Origin: Flavobacteriales bacterium
GTDB lineage: Bacteria > Bacteroidota > Bacteroidia > Palsa-965
Direction of reading: 5' to 3'
Assembly: GCA_040377305.1 (NCBI GenBank)
Contig: JBEIPA010000034.1
Location: 1-54,916 of the forward strand
Length of the DNA: 54,916 nucleotides
Shown here: piece after piece, positions 1 through 10,137 of the stretch
Numbering within the stretch: the stretch's first letter is position 1
Layout of the letters: each line of letters starts with the position of its first letter
Program-made: the position numbers and the translations under genes
The notes under the pieces: generated by a model
The model's input: the letters and a program-made list of their open reading frames with translations, nothing else
What the model was told of the DNA's origin: nothing
The model's database searches: none

Positions 1-59
1 GTTTGACAGTCCGTTGCTGATAACGGTCACTGAAGGAATCAAATAACGTTGTCATTTTT

Positions 60-119
60 ACCACTAAGTTCACGAAGACACAAAGTCAATTTTCTTTGTG
101 CCTTCGTGAACTTAGTGGT
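60..119. repeat. Palindromic element (26-bp arms, ACCACNAAG..CACGAAGACACAAAG family)
   Basis: Arms 60-85 and 94-119 are reverse complements with 1 mismatch; related copies at 45243-45268 and 49874-49937. Confidence 0.85.
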
Positions 120-149
120 GGGATTTTGACCCAATCCAATGGTTTTCAC

Positions 150-157
150 TACCTTTG
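150..157 (+). promoter_or_regulatory. Bacteroidota -7 promoter element (TACCTTTG) for thrS
   Basis: Matches TAnnTTTG consensus; lies downstream of ORF start 139, which favours ATG 205. Confidence 0.6.
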
Positions 158-204
158 GGGCTATAACAAACAGCCCTGCGTTGTATGCAGGCCCAAAACC
201 ATTA

Positions 205-2157
205 ATGATAAAAATTACTCTACCAGACGGTGCCGTTCGGGAATACGAAAAAGGCACCTCCGCGTTACAGATTGCACAATCTATCAGTGAAGGACTCGCG
301 AGAAATGTCCTGTCAGCCAAAGTAAATGGTGAAGTTTGGGATGCAACACGCCCAATCAATTCCGACTCCAGCTTACAACTTCTTACATGGAACGATACCT
401 CTGGTAAAGAAACCATGTGGCACTCCTCTGCTCACTTGATGGCAGAAGCGCTCGAAGCCATGTATCCCGGAGTGAAATTCGGAATTGGTCCTGCCATTGA
501 AAACGGTTTTTACTACGACGTCGACCTGAACGGGCACGCACTTACGCCTGATGATCTTCCGAAAATCGAGAAGAAAATCATGGAGCTTGCTCAGCAGAAA
601 AACGAATACAAGCGCAAAGAGATTTCGAAGAACGAAGCACTTGCATTTTTCACTGAGAAAGGTGATGAATACAAACTTGATCTTCTCCAGGATCTTGAAG
701 ACGGAACGATCACCTTCTACGAACAAGGAAAGTTCACGGACCTTTGTCGCGGGCCTCATATTCCGAATACGGGATTTGTAAAAGCAGTGAAGCTGCTCAA
801 CATCGCCGGTGCTTACTGGCGCGGTGATGAAACGAAGAAGCAGCTTACGCGCATTTACGGAATCACTTTTCCAAAACAGAAAGAGCTCGACGAATATCTC
901 GTAATGCTTGAAGAAGCGAAGAAACGCGATCACCGTAAACTCGGACGCGAACTCGATCTCTTCACATTCTCGGATAAAGTTGGAATGGGATTGCCATTGT
1001 GGTTACCTGCAGGTGCTGCATTGCGCGATCGTCTTCAGCAATTCTTACAGAAAGCACAAGTGAAAGCAGGATATCTTCCTGTAATCACGCCGCATATCGG
1101 CAACAAACAACTTTACATTACTTCCGGTCACTACGAGAAGTACGGTAAAGATTCTTTCCAGCCGATCAAGACTCCGCAGGAAGGAGAAGAGTTCTTCCTG
1201 AAACCGATGAATTGTCCGCACCACTGCGAGATTTATAAGAGCCGTCCGCGTTCGTACAAAGACTTACCGATTCGTTTTGCTGAATTCGGAACAGTGTATC
1301 GTTACGAACAAAGCGGCGAGCTTCATGGTCTCACACGTGTACGTGGATTCACACAAGACGATGCGCATTTGTTCTGTCGCCCGGAACAGGTGAAAGAAGA
1401 ATTCTGCAAAGTAATCGATCTCGTGTTGTACGTTTTCCGTGCACTTGGATTCGAAAACTACACAGCGCAGATTTCCTTGCGCGATAAAGTTGATCGTGCG
1501 AAGTACATCGGTTCTGAAGAGAACTGGGAGAAAGCCGAACAATCTATTATCGACGCCGCTGGTGAGAAAGGTCTGAAAACCGTTATCGAATACGGTGAGG
1601 CAGCTTTCTACGGACCAAAGCTCGATTTCATGGTGAAAGATGCAATCGGTCGTAAGTGGCAGCTCGGAACCATCCAGGTTGACTACAATTTACCGGAGCG
1701 TTTCGAACTGGAGTATACCGGTTCGGATAACCAGAAACATCGTCCGGTAATGATTCACCGTGCGCCGTTTGGTTCTATGGAGCGGTTCGTTGCGGTTCTT
1801 ATTGAGCACTGTGCCGGGAAGTTCCCGTTGTGGTTGACTCCTGAACAGGTAGCAATACTTCCGGTCAGCGATCGTTTTAATGAGTATGCACAATCGGTAT
1901 TGGACGAATTAAAAAATTCCGATATTCGTGGATACGTGGATGATCGCAGCGAGAAAGTGGGCAAGAAAATCCGCGACAACGAATTGAAGAAAGTTCCTTA
2001 CATGTTAATTGTTGGTGAGGACGAATTTGCGGCACGGAGTGTGAGTGTGAGAAAGCAAGGAGAAGCGGATGGTGATAAAGGGAAGATGAGCATTCAGGAG
2101 TTCGCGAACTTGATCAACAGTGAAGTGAACGAGCGACTTGCTTCTATCGCACAGTAA
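205..2157 (+). CDS. thrS: Threonyl-tRNA synthetase
   Basis: TGS N-terminus (MIKITLPDG), [10 protein letters not shown] editing motif, [25 protein letters not shown]; upstream of infC. Start moved from 139 to ATG 205. Confidence 0.98.
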   Translation: MIKITLPDGAVREYEKGTSALQIAQSISEGLARNVLSAKVNGEVWDATRPINSDSSLQLLTWNDTSGKETMWHSSAHLMAEALEAMYPGVKFGIGPAIENGFYYDVDLNGHALTPDDLPKIEKKIMELAQQKNEYKRKEISKNEALAFFTEKGDEYKLDLLQDLEDGTITFYEQGKFTDLCRGPHIPNTGFVKAVKLLNIAGAYWRGDETKKQLTRIYGITFPKQKELDEYLVMLEEAKKRDHRKLGRELDLFTFSDKVGMGLPLWLPAGAALRDRLQQFLQKAQVKAGYLPVITPHIGNKQLYITSGHYEKYGKDSFQPIKTPQEGEEFFLKPMNCPHHCEIYKSRPRSYKDLPIRFAEFGTVYRYEQSGELHGLTRVRGFTQDDAHLFCRPEQVKEEFCKVIDLVLYVFRALGFENYTAQISLRDKVDRAKYIGSEENWEKAEQSIIDAAGEKGLKTVIEYGEAAFYGPKLDFMVKDAIGRKWQLGTIQVDYNLPERFELEYTGSDNQKHRPVMIHRAPFGSMERFVAVLIEHCAGKFPLWLTPEQVAILPVSDRFNEYAQSVLDELKNSDIRGYVDDRSEKVGKKIRDNELKKVPYMLIVGEDEFAARSVSVRKQGEADGDKGKMSIQEFANLINSEVNERLASIAQ

Positions 2158-2160
2158 AAT

Positions 2161-2196
2161 GATTTGCAGATATGCAGATGTGCCGATTTGCAGATG
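2161..2196. repeat. Degenerate 8-bp tandem array (GATNTGCM x4)
   Basis: gatttgca gatatgca gatgtgcc gatttgca gatg directly after the thrS stop. Confidence 0.7.
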
Positions 2197-2250
2197 ACAA
2201 AACAGAACACGAGTAACAATAAATAAACAGAAGTAGCACAAACTCGTCAG

Positions 2251-2275
2251 CCTTCGACTCCGCTCAGTCTGACAA
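2251..2275. repeat. Single REP-like unit (CCTTCGAC-NNN-GCTCAGTCTGACAA family)
   Basis: ccttcgactccgctcagtctgacaa, nearly identical to the left arm at 13334-13359. Confidence 0.8.
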
Positions 2276-2334
2276 GTATTGAGAATCAAGTAGCGGAACA
2301 TTAGAAGTAGTACAAACTAAAAACGGAGGTTACA

Positions 2335-2958
2335 ATCGCAGCTCCATTTAACAAGAAGCCCTTTGGCACTGGTCCTGGAAGACCATTCACACCGGGCGGA
2401 TCACGTCCACCATTTAATCGTGGACCACGCACACCACGCGTAAAAGAAGAATTGCACCGCATCAACGAAAAAATTCGTGATGTAACTCAGGTGCGTGTTG
2501 TAGGCGAAGGCATTGAGCCTGGCGTTTACGCAATCTCAAAGGCACTCGAGATGGCTAAAGAAGCCGAACTCGACCTTGTGGAGATAGTAGCCGGAGCAGA
2601 TCCTCCCGTATGTCGTATTGTCGACTACAAGAAGTTTCTTTACGAACAGAAGAAGAAACAGAAGGAGATCAAGTCTAAGGCACAAAAAGTGGTCGTGAAA
2701 GAAATCCGATTCGGTCCACAAACCGATGATCACGATTTCAATTTCAAGAAAAATCACGCGCTCCGCTTCCTTGAAGAAGGTGCGAAAGTGAAAGCATATG
2801 TAATGTTCCGCGGCCGATCAATCGTGTTCAAGGAACAAGGTGAAATTCTTTTGCTGCGTTTTGCACAGGAGTTGGAAGAGTTCGGGAAAGTTGAAGGACT
2901 TCCACAGCTCGAAGGCAAGCGTATGCAGATGATGATTGCGCCTAAAAAGAAAAAGTAA
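2335..2958 (+). CDS. infC: Translation initiation factor IF-3, probable non-canonical ATC start
   Basis: IF3 motifs ([40 protein letters not shown]). The frame is open upstream of the track's TTG 2452 to ATC 2335, which follows GGAGGT. Confidence 0.95.
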   Translation: MAAPFNKKPFGTGPGRPFTPGGSRPPFNRGPRTPRVKEELHRINEKIRDVTQVRVVGEGIEPGVYAISKALEMAKEAELDLVEIVAGADPPVCRIVDYKKFLYEQKKKQKEIKSKAQKVVVKEIRFGPQTDDHDFNFKKNHALRFLEEGAKVKAYVMFRGRSIVFKEQGEILLLRFAQELEEFGKVEGLPQLEGKRMQMMIAPKKKK

Positions 2959-3090
2959 TTCGAAGATTCGAAAATTTGAAGATTTGAACGTGGACCCGGC
3001 TAAATAAGTCGGGTCCTTCTTTTTTGCGGAAATTCGGGCAATATCACCAGTATTTCCTCGAATTTTCAAATCTTCAAATCTTCGAATTTT
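2959..3090. repeat. Inverted pair of degenerate 8-bp arrays (TTYGAARA) enclosing a terminator
   Basis: ttcgaaga ttcgaaaa tttgaaga tttgaa at 2959-2988; reverse-complement array at 3058-3090. Confidence 0.75.
2992..3025 (+). terminator. Intrinsic terminator after infC
   Basis: ggacccggc-taaataa-gtcgggtcc followed by ttctttttt. Confidence 0.8.
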
Positions 3091-3122
3091 AGCGTAAATC
3101 TTGTTTTTAAGAAGAAAATAAC

Positions 3123-3130
3123 TACTTTTG
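3123..3130 (+). promoter_or_regulatory. -7 promoter element (TACTTTTG) for rpmI-rplT
   Basis: Matches TAnnTTTG; lies after the infC terminator. Confidence 0.65.
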
Positions 3131-3172
3131 CAGCCCTCTTCGAATGTCCGGAGAGTATTAAACAAGTGCTTT

Positions 3173-3367
3173 ATGCCAAAGATGAAAACCAATTCCAGCG
3201 CTAAGAAGAGATTCGTAGTAACTGGATCGGGGAAAATCAAGCGTAAACATGCGTTCAAGCGTCACATTCTTACAAAGAAGTCGACTCAACGTAAGCGTGC
3301 CCTCACCAAGTCTGGATTAGTCAGCAAGGCGGATACGAACAACGTGAAAGCGATGCTTTGTATTTAA
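3173..3367 (+). CDS. rpmI: 50S ribosomal protein L35
   Basis: [14 protein letters not shown]...HILTKK; start trimmed to ATG 3173. Confidence 0.97.
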   Translation: MPKMKTNSSAKKRFVVTGSGKIKRKHAFKRHILTKKSTQRKRALTKSGLVSKADTNNVKAMLCI

Positions 3368-3467
3368 GACGGGAACAAGTGTAAACCAGGTTTCAACCGA
3401 AGTTAAACCCGGTGTCCAGTAGTAAGTTTCTCACGCGAGAACGCTGAACACCAAAACAAAAAACAAA

Positions 3468-3818
3468 ATGCCAAGAAGTGTAAACAACGTAGCATCCCGC
3501 GCAAAGCGTAAGAAGGTGCTAAAGCGTACCAAAGGTTATTGGGGCGCAGCAGGCAACGTTTGGACAGTTGCTAAAAACATTCACGAAAAAGGTCTCACGT
3601 ACGCATACCGCGATCGCAAACAGAAGAAGCGTAATTTCCGCTCACTCTGGATTCAGCGTATCAACGCAGGTGTTCGCGAGCACGGACTTTCTTATTCTCA
3701 GTTCATGGACCTCGTTCACAAACAAGGAATGGAACTGAACCGCAAGACGCTTGCCGATCTTGCAATGAATCACCCGGAAGCTTTTAAAGCGGTGATTGAT
3801 TCGGTGAAGAAGAAGTAA
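3468..3818 (+). CDS. rplT: 50S ribosomal protein L20
   Basis: MPRSVN..., [33 protein letters not shown]. Confidence 0.98.
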   Translation: MPRSVNNVASRAKRKKVLKRTKGYWGAAGNVWTVAKNIHEKGLTYAYRDRKQKKRNFRSLWIQRINAGVREHGLSYSQFMDLVHKQGMELNRKTLADLAMNHPEAFKAVIDSVKKK

Positions 3819-3871
3819 GATAGACTACAGTCGACAGACTACAGACGGGAGTAAAATCCTGTGAAAAATAG

Positions 3872-3903
3872 AGAGAGCCGTTCCGAGAGGGGCGGCTTTT
3901 TTG
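3872..3903 (+). terminator. Intrinsic terminator after rplT
   Basis: gagccgttcc-gaga-ggggcggctt followed by a T run. Confidence 0.75.
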
Positions 3904-3964
3904 TTGGGGTGGTCTCAAGATTCGATGGACTACTTTACCTTAGAGTTCCAACTTATTCTGAGAC

Positions 3965-5557
3965 ATGGATCATCACGATTTGTACAAGTGTGTTGAATTA
4001 CTACGACACAAATCAAAAGGCATGTTTCAACGTGAGAAAATTGAGGAGAAATCAAAGTGCCTGGATCTAATCTCCCAATTTGGTAAACCCTATCATATTG
4101 CATATGTTTCAGAGTTTCTCCAACACAGTAACGCTTTAATTCGTGACAAGACAGCCGAAGTAATCATAAAATTATTCAAACAGATTAGGGGTAAGAAGAA
4201 TTTATACCAAAGCTTGCGGCATTGTCATATTCCCTTGAGCTGGATAGATCGTTTCAAGATTGATTTTGGTTTACACGAGTCTCATTATCTACTGGCGATC
4301 GCAAGCCTTAATGGTAACGGATATGTTCGCCAACGCGCAGTCAGGGAACTTGGTACTATTGCCAATCCAAATTCTATTCCATTCATTATTTTTCGTTTAG
4401 GTGATTGGGTCAAAGAAGTTCGAACTGAAGCCTCTGCAGCAATCCGTTGTTATTTTAAACCAGAATATTTTGAAGATTTTTTGCGGCAGTTAATACTCTT
4501 CGATTGGATACTGCGAGTCGAGCGTATCGATCTAAAAAACATATACGACGAAATCTATAGCTACATTTTTAGCTTTGAGTTGGACGCGAACCTTTGCTCG
4601 CGTATCAATAACCTGGAAGACAAAACCAGATTCCAGTACTTCAAAGCATACGCGAAGCGCTTCAAGATCAGTTCTCAACTCGCACAATTAATTGTAAAGG
4701 ATAAGTCATATCTCGTGCGAGAACAGGTTGTAGAATCTCTTGAAAACTTCAACACAAATGATCAGAAGATGTTCATCAGTACTTTACTGAGCGATCCTTC
4801 CTCCTCCATCAGAGTTCAGGCTCTTCGACATACGGCCAAGTTTGAGACTGAGTTCAATCAGCAAAGATTGGTAATGCTATCGGACGAAGCAGCTGCAGTG
4901 AGGGAATTGGCACGGTTCCTTTTGAGAAATACTCAACTGGATGTTCGTGAAATTTACAAGTCCCGAATTAAACAAAAAGTACAATTAGAAGGAAGCATAT
5001 TGGGCTTGTCAGATGTTGGTGTCTCAGACGATCTGCCGTACCTCGAGGAATTTATCAATAGCAAAAAGAAGAATATAAAATTAGCATGTCTTAAAGCAAT
5101 TCAGAAAATGAATCCTCCTCGTGCCAAAGAATACGCATTGCAATTTTTGAGTCATGATTTGAGAAGTATAAGAAACGCGTGTATAGTGATTCTCCGGAAC
5201 AATTCCGACCAAGATGTTTTGAACAAAGCGCGTGAAATGTACGCTACCGGAAACTGCGAGGAAAGAAAAACCGCACTGAAACTTTTCAATCAAATTGGCG
5301 GCTGGAGTGTTATTGGTGACATCTTGATTGGCATTCGCGATATCGATATGGGATTACAGGAAATTTCATGGCAATTTCTTCAAATCTGGAAATTACAAGC
5401 TACTTCACTTTTCACGAAACCGGAGGATTCTGAAATTGCCAGGGCTCGTGAAATTTATCTGGATACAACTAGGGCTAATATAGAAATGAGTTATCCGAGA
5501 GAAATTCTGTGGAATGATCTGCCGTTTTTCCTCGGTATTGATTCAGTGAAATCATAA
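3965..5557 (+). CDS. HEAT/ARM-repeat protein, function unknown
   Basis: Repeated helical motifs (NGYVRQRAV, DWVKEVR, SYLVREQ, DPSSSIRVQAL, DEAAAVRELA). Confidence 0.75.
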   Translation: MDHHDLYKCVELLRHKSKGMFQREKIEEKSKCLDLISQFGKPYHIAYVSEFLQHSNALIRDKTAEVIIKLFKQIRGKKNLYQSLRHCHIPLSWIDRFKIDFGLHESHYLLAIASLNGNGYVRQRAVRELGTIANPNSIPFIIFRLGDWVKEVRTEASAAIRCYFKPEYFEDFLRQLILFDWILRVERIDLKNIYDEIYSYIFSFELDANLCSRINNLEDKTRFQYFKAYAKRFKISSQLAQLIVKDKSYLVREQVVESLENFNTNDQKMFISTLLSDPSSSIRVQALRHTAKFETEFNQQRLVMLSDEAAAVRELARFLLRNTQLDVREIYKSRIKQKVQLEGSILGLSDVGVSDDLPYLEEFINSKKKNIKLACLKAIQKMNPPRAKEYALQFLSHDLRSIRNACIVILRNNSDQDVLNKAREMYATGNCEERKTALKLFNQIGGWSVIGDILIGIRDIDMGLQEISWQFLQIWKLQATSLFTKPEDSEIARAREIYLDTTRANIEMSYPREILWNDLPFFLGIDSVKS

Positions 5558-5582
5558 TTAATTGTTACCTGCATTCAAGCAC

Positions 5583-5621
5583 GCGTAACCCTACGAGGGT
5601 TTAACCCTTGCAGGGTTACGC
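5583..5621. repeat. REP-like doublet (two AACCC-loop-GGGTT hairpins in inverted orientation)
   Basis: gcgtaaccctacgagggttt / aacccttgcagggttacgc. Confidence 0.75.
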
Positions 5622-5651
5622 ATGACACTTCCTTCTCCTATCTTCGTTACA

Positions 5652-6133
5652 ATGAAATTACTCTACCGCTGCTTATTTGTGATTGTTGTAGCAGGTGCGC
5701 TTTTCTCCTGTACTGAAACCAGTCATGACAAACGTGCGGAGATTGTGTCCCTGATCAAACGGCACACAAATCTCGACGTATCGGGTTTTGGATTTTCAAT
5801 TGTCAAGGATGATATTGGTGAATTCAACGATACATTTCTCTGCTACACACGTGTTGTCAACCTGCAATTTGAAAGAGCCGATCTGATCCTGATTCAAAAA
5901 CAAATTCAGGCTACGCCTCATTACAATAAAGTCAGCATGGATGATATAGGAATACACGGCGCTGGAATGATAGTGCACCAAACGCTTCTGGACTTTGGAC
6001 GCATTTTTACAGGGCTGATCATTATTTCAGACATCCTGATAAATACCTAAAAGATGAGGTGTTGCACATCAGAGTTGATTCTTTGTCAAGTGCCATCCAT
6101 TTTGAATACGCAGATTACCGGGGAGAATACTGA
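5652..6133 (+). pseudogene. Putative lipoprotein with an apparent frameshift near 5945-5965
   Basis: Signal peptide II (MKLLY...ALFSC). A second frame open from 5945 to TGA 6131-6133 reads RWNDSAPNASGLWTHF...IRVDSLSSAIHFEYADYRGEY and fills the spacer. Confidence 0.55.
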
Positions 6134-6176
6134 TTTAACCCGCGTTAACATCTGATTCAGTTATCTTCAATGCTTC

Positions 6177-7247
6177 ATGAAAATATTCTACTGTTTTTCC
6201 TTTGTACTTACGATCACCGGTGCACTCCTCTCCTGCTCCACCTCTCCAAAACCAGCCGCTCAGAACGACACAAGTGCTACTGACACGCTTCCACCACAAC
6301 CCACACTTACCCGCTTCACCCCCGACGCCAACTGGGTCACTCCCTCCGAAACCGTTTCACAATACGGACCGTCCGGAATTTTGCGCGATGTGGTTATTGA
6401 TCGCGATGGAATTATCTGGCTTGCTGCATGGGATGGTGTTGTGAGTTACGATGGCAAACAGTTCACCAATCACACACTGAAAGATGGATTGTCGCACCAC
6501 CGTGTGTATAGCGGGATGGAAGACAGCAAAGGGAATATGTGGTTTGGAACCATGGGCGCGGGTGCGTACAAATACGATGGAACCACATTCACCAACCTGA
6601 GTACGAATAAGGGAATGATTCATAATGTGGTGTTCGATTTATTCGAAGACTCGAAAGGCAACATCTGGTTTGCGACTACGGAAGGTGTAAGCATGTACAA
6701 TGGACAAACGTTCATGAATCTCGATTCGGCAGATGGATTGAATCAGGAAGTTTATGCGATCTCACAAGACTTTTATGGTACCATGTGGTTTGGCGGTGAA
6801 GCAGGACTCTTTCAATTCAATCCAGACACAGATTCCGTTGCAACAGAAATTATGACTGAACAAGGAACACATTATGCCAATGTGCGCGACTTGTGTTGGA
6901 GTAACGGGTCGATGTACATCGGGGCGTCGCGCGGATTATACGTTTCAAAACCACTAAGCCATGTGCCGCTAAAAATCACACCGCTGACAAACGAATTCAC
7001 AAGCTACATCCACACGAACAGTGCTGGCAATCTCTTGCTCACGACCGCTGGAATATATTATTACGATATCATGCGGCTTTCAACGGCAGACGATGCTTAC
7101 GACAGAATGAATCCGATAGTTAGAGACAAAAGCAGTCTCGGCATTTTCGGAGCACGTGAAGCCATAGACGGCACGATCTGGTACGGTGCAATGGATGGAC
7201 TACATTCTGTGAAAGATGGGAATGATGTGAGTTACAAGAAGCCGTAA
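6177..7247 (+). CDS. Lipoprotein with two-component-regulator-type beta-propeller (Reg_prop) repeats
   Basis: LLSC lipobox; repeated EDSKGNMWFGT / EDSKGNIWFAT and DGL..N.V motifs. Confidence 0.8.
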   Translation: MKIFYCFSFVLTITGALLSCSTSPKPAAQNDTSATDTLPPQPTLTRFTPDANWVTPSETVSQYGPSGILRDVVIDRDGIIWLAAWDGVVSYDGKQFTNHTLKDGLSHHRVYSGMEDSKGNMWFGTMGAGAYKYDGTTFTNLSTNKGMIHNVVFDLFEDSKGNIWFATTEGVSMYNGQTFMNLDSADGLNQEVYAISQDFYGTMWFGGEAGLFQFNPDTDSVATEIMTEQGTHYANVRDLCWSNGSMYIGASRGLYVSKPLSHVPLKITPLTNEFTSYIHTNSAGNLLLTTAGIYYYDIMRLSTADDAYDRMNPIVRDKSSLGIFGAREAIDGTIWYGAMDGLHSVKDGNDVSYKKP

Positions 7248-7424
7248 ACTGCTGCTCACCAACGCAGACGTCATAGAATCGAGGATTTGGTTGCACGTTT
7301 CGGATGATATACGATTACACGACCGGAATGATCTGCAATCTTCGCAAGTCGCGTGTCTACTCCTTTCCGAATTCTTATCTTTAATGTGGCAAATTTTTAC
7401 ATACCTACAAAACCAATATTCAGA

Positions 7425-9779
7425 ATGAAAAAACTCTACTCAGCAATTCGTGCTAAGGTTATGCTCGCGTGTCTCGGCACATTCTTTTCTATCTCTTCTT
7501 TTGGACAAACCGATGTTCTCGTTTGCGGTGCATCTTCTCCACAGTCGTGGCTCGATGATGTAGTCAATAAACTGGTTGCAACCGGGAGCTTCAATACGGT
7601 AACCAGCTACAACATTTATTCGACCGGCACTCCTTCCCTTGCACAACTGCAGATGTATGACGCCGTTCTTGTTTTCACCGATTACAGCGCGATGGATCCC
7701 GTGACAATGGGTAATAACCTTGCGCTCTATGTTGACGGTGGTGGTGCAGTAGTAAGCGCAACATTCGCTAACGCAAGTGTGCTTCTAGGTGGTAACTGGA
7801 ATACGTCTACATATCAGGTATGCATTCCAAATAACGGACAGAACTCGAGTCCACAACTAACGCTTGGAACAGTTAATCCTTGCAGCGGAATCATGACCGG
7901 CATCACATCATTTGATGGAGGATCCAGTTCGTACCGTTCCAGCAGTTCTTCATTCGTAGCGGGATCAACAACTGAAGCAAGCTGGAGTAATGGTGAGTGG
8001 CTTGTTGCTACACGTCAGAACGTAGGTCCAATGAATGCGCGTCGTGCCGATCTTAATTTCTACCCGCCATCAAGTACTGTTCGCAGTGACTTCTGGCAGT
8101 CAGGAACACAAGGTGGAATGCTTATGGCGCGTGCATTGTTATGGGCTGCTGGTGTAATTAATAACGCTGCAGCACCTACTGCACCTGCATCAGTAAGCGG
8201 AACAAATACTTTCTGCGCAGGCTCATCATCATCATTCACCGCTGCGTCTGTAGTTGGCGCAACGTCTTACACGTGGTCAGTTCCTGTTGGAATGACTATC
8301 ACAAGCGGACAAGGAACAATCACGATCAACGTAAACTCAACTGCAGTTAGCGGAAACGTAACCGTTACTGCAGACAATGCATGTGGTTCGAGCACACCAA
8401 CAACTTATGCGGTTACTGTAAATCCACAACCCACTGTAGGTTCTACAGCTTCTCCATCAGTTACGGTTTGTAGTGGCACTCCTGTTACTTTAAGCGGAAC
8501 AGGAGCTTCAATGTATGCATGGACTGGTGGTGTAGTAGACGGTGTTCCATTTACACCTGTCATGAGTGGAACATATACCGTAACAGGTACAGATGCTAAC
8601 GGATGTACGAATACATCTACTTCTTCTATCACGGTTAATGCACTTCCTTCAGTTGTTGCGAATACAACTGCTTCTGCGGTGTGTACTGGTAACGCGGTTA
8701 CGCTTAGCGGATCGGGCGCGGCTAACTATACTTGGACAGGTGGTGTAATGGATGCAGTTCCGTTCACTCCGGCTTCAACAGACACTTACACGGTTACAGG
8801 AACAGATGCGAACGGTTGTTCAAACACAGCTTCAGTAATGGTAACGGTGAATGCGCTGCCGATTGTAGTTGCGAATACTTCAGCTTCTGCAGTGTGTGCC
8901 GGCGATCAGGTTACACTTTCAGGTTCAGGAGCATCAAGCTACGTGTGGACAGGCGGCGTAATGGATGCAGTTGCGTTTACTCCGGTTTCAACAGACACAT
9001 ACACGGTTACAGGGACGGATGCGAACGGTTGTTCGAACACGGCTAATGTAATGGTAACGTTGAACGCTCTTCCAACTGTTGGAAGCAATCCTTCTTCTGC
9101 TACTGTATGTGAAGATGGTCAGGTTACATTGAGCGGAACAGGTGCAGCAATGTACATGTGGATGCCGATGATTACAGATGCATCACCATTTACTCCGGCA
9201 ATAAGCGACACGTACACTGTAACAGGAACTGATGCAAACGGATGTTCAAATACTGCAACAGTATCAGTTACTGTAAACGCTAATCCTATTGTTACAGGTT
9301 CTGCACCGGTTTCAATTGCTTGTTTGGATGATGCGGCAATCACGCTTTCAGAATCTCCTGCGGGCGGTATCTGGACAGGACCTGGCATGTCAGGAAGTGT
9401 TTTCACTCCGATGACGGCTGGTAACGGAACACATCAGTTGATTTATTCTTACTCTGATGCAAATTCATGTGTTGCTTCGGATACAGTTTCAATCCAGGTT
9501 GATCTTTGTCTCGGACTTGCAGACAACGCAACAAACAACTTCAATGTGTACCCGAATCCAAACAACGGAACATTCACACTTGCAATCAATAAAAACGCAG
9601 GTGACGTGGTGATCGAAATGGTTGATCTTGCAGGACGTGTTGTTTACTCTGCAAATGAGAACAACGTTCAATCAGGATTCACAACTCAGATCGTTACTGA
9701 AAACCTCGCGGCTGGTTCGTATGTGCTGCGTGTGACTTCTGCGAATGAGCAGAATGTTGTTCGTGTTAACGTTCAGTAG
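7425..9779 (+). CDS. T9SS type-A cargo protein with Ig-like/PKD repeats (paralog 1)
   Basis: Signal peptide; TYTVTGTDANGC repeats with about 71-aa period; C-terminal VYPNPNNG...LAAGSYVLRV domain. Start trimmed to match the paralog. Confidence 0.88.
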   Translation: MKKLYSAIRAKVMLACLGTFFSISSFGQTDVLVCGASSPQSWLDDVVNKLVATGSFNTVTSYNIYSTGTPSLAQLQMYDAVLVFTDYSAMDPVTMGNNLALYVDGGGAVVSATFANASVLLGGNWNTSTYQVCIPNNGQNSSPQLTLGTVNPCSGIMTGITSFDGGSSSYRSSSSSFVAGSTTEASWSNGEWLVATRQNVGPMNARRADLNFYPPSSTVRSDFWQSGTQGGMLMARALLWAAGVINNAAAPTAPASVSGTNTFCAGSSSSFTAASVVGATSYTWSVPVGMTITSGQGTITINVNSTAVSGNVTVTADNACGSSTPTTYAVTVNPQPTVGSTASPSVTVCSGTPVTLSGTGASMYAWTGGVVDGVPFTPVMSGTYTVTGTDANGCTNTSTSSITVNALPSVVANTTASAVCTGNAVTLSGSGAANYTWTGGVMDAVPFTPASTDTYTVTGTDANGCSNTASVMVTVNALPIVVANTSASAVCAGDQVTLSGSGASSYVWTGGVMDAVAFTPVSTDTYTVTGTDANGCSNTANVMVTLNALPTVGSNPSSATVCEDGQVTLSGTGAAMYMWMPMITDASPFTPAISDTYTVTGTDANGCSNTATVSVTVNANPIVTGSAPVSIACLDDAAITLSESPAGGIWTGPGMSGSVFTPMTAGNGTHQLIYSYSDANSCVASDTVSIQVDLCLGLADNATNNFNVYPNPNNGTFTLAINKNAGDVVIEMVDLAGRVVYSANENNVQSGFTTQIVTENLAAGSYVLRVTSANEQNVVRVNVQ

Positions 9780-9810
9780 ATAGTCTGTAAGTTTCTAACT
9801 TATATGTCAG

Positions 9811-9838
9811 AAGCCGATCCGTAATGGGTCGGCTTTTG
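9811..9838 (+). terminator. Intrinsic terminator
   Basis: aagccgatcc-gtaat-gggtcggctttt; duplicated at 12313-12345. Confidence 0.75.
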
Positions 9839-10137
9839 ACTTTGGCATTAGTGTCGACGAAGTACCAACCGATAAAACCCGGGCCAAACAAACGAGCCTG
9901 CACCCTCGAAGCTGATCCTCAAATTTCGTCGATGAACGCGGTGTTGCTGTCTATTGACCTGAGAAAAATGCCTGCGATCTGCAAATCTGAGGCAAAAACC
10001 AAAATGCATTCTCTTTCCTTTCAAATGCATTATCGGATGAATATTGCTGTTATATGGGTGGTGCAGACGCTGTAAGTCGTTGACGATTTCTTATCTTTCG
10101 TACGGCAGTTATTACACACGTACAAAACCAAAATCGG

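Noticed and set aside
1-204. T-box or other riboswitch upstream of thrS
   Set aside because: The hairpin at 60-119 belongs to a dispersed repeat family and lies upstream of the promoter box; no T-box motif is present.
2818-3258. Antisense and overlapping short ORFs here and throughout (e.g. 373-933, 24736-25173, 31484-31789, 48960-49623)
   Set aside because: They are shadows of well-supported genes or run through repeats and have no independent protein motifs.
5940-5970. Programmed ribosomal frameshift
   Set aside because: No slippery heptamer or clear stimulatory structure; an indel is the simpler explanation.
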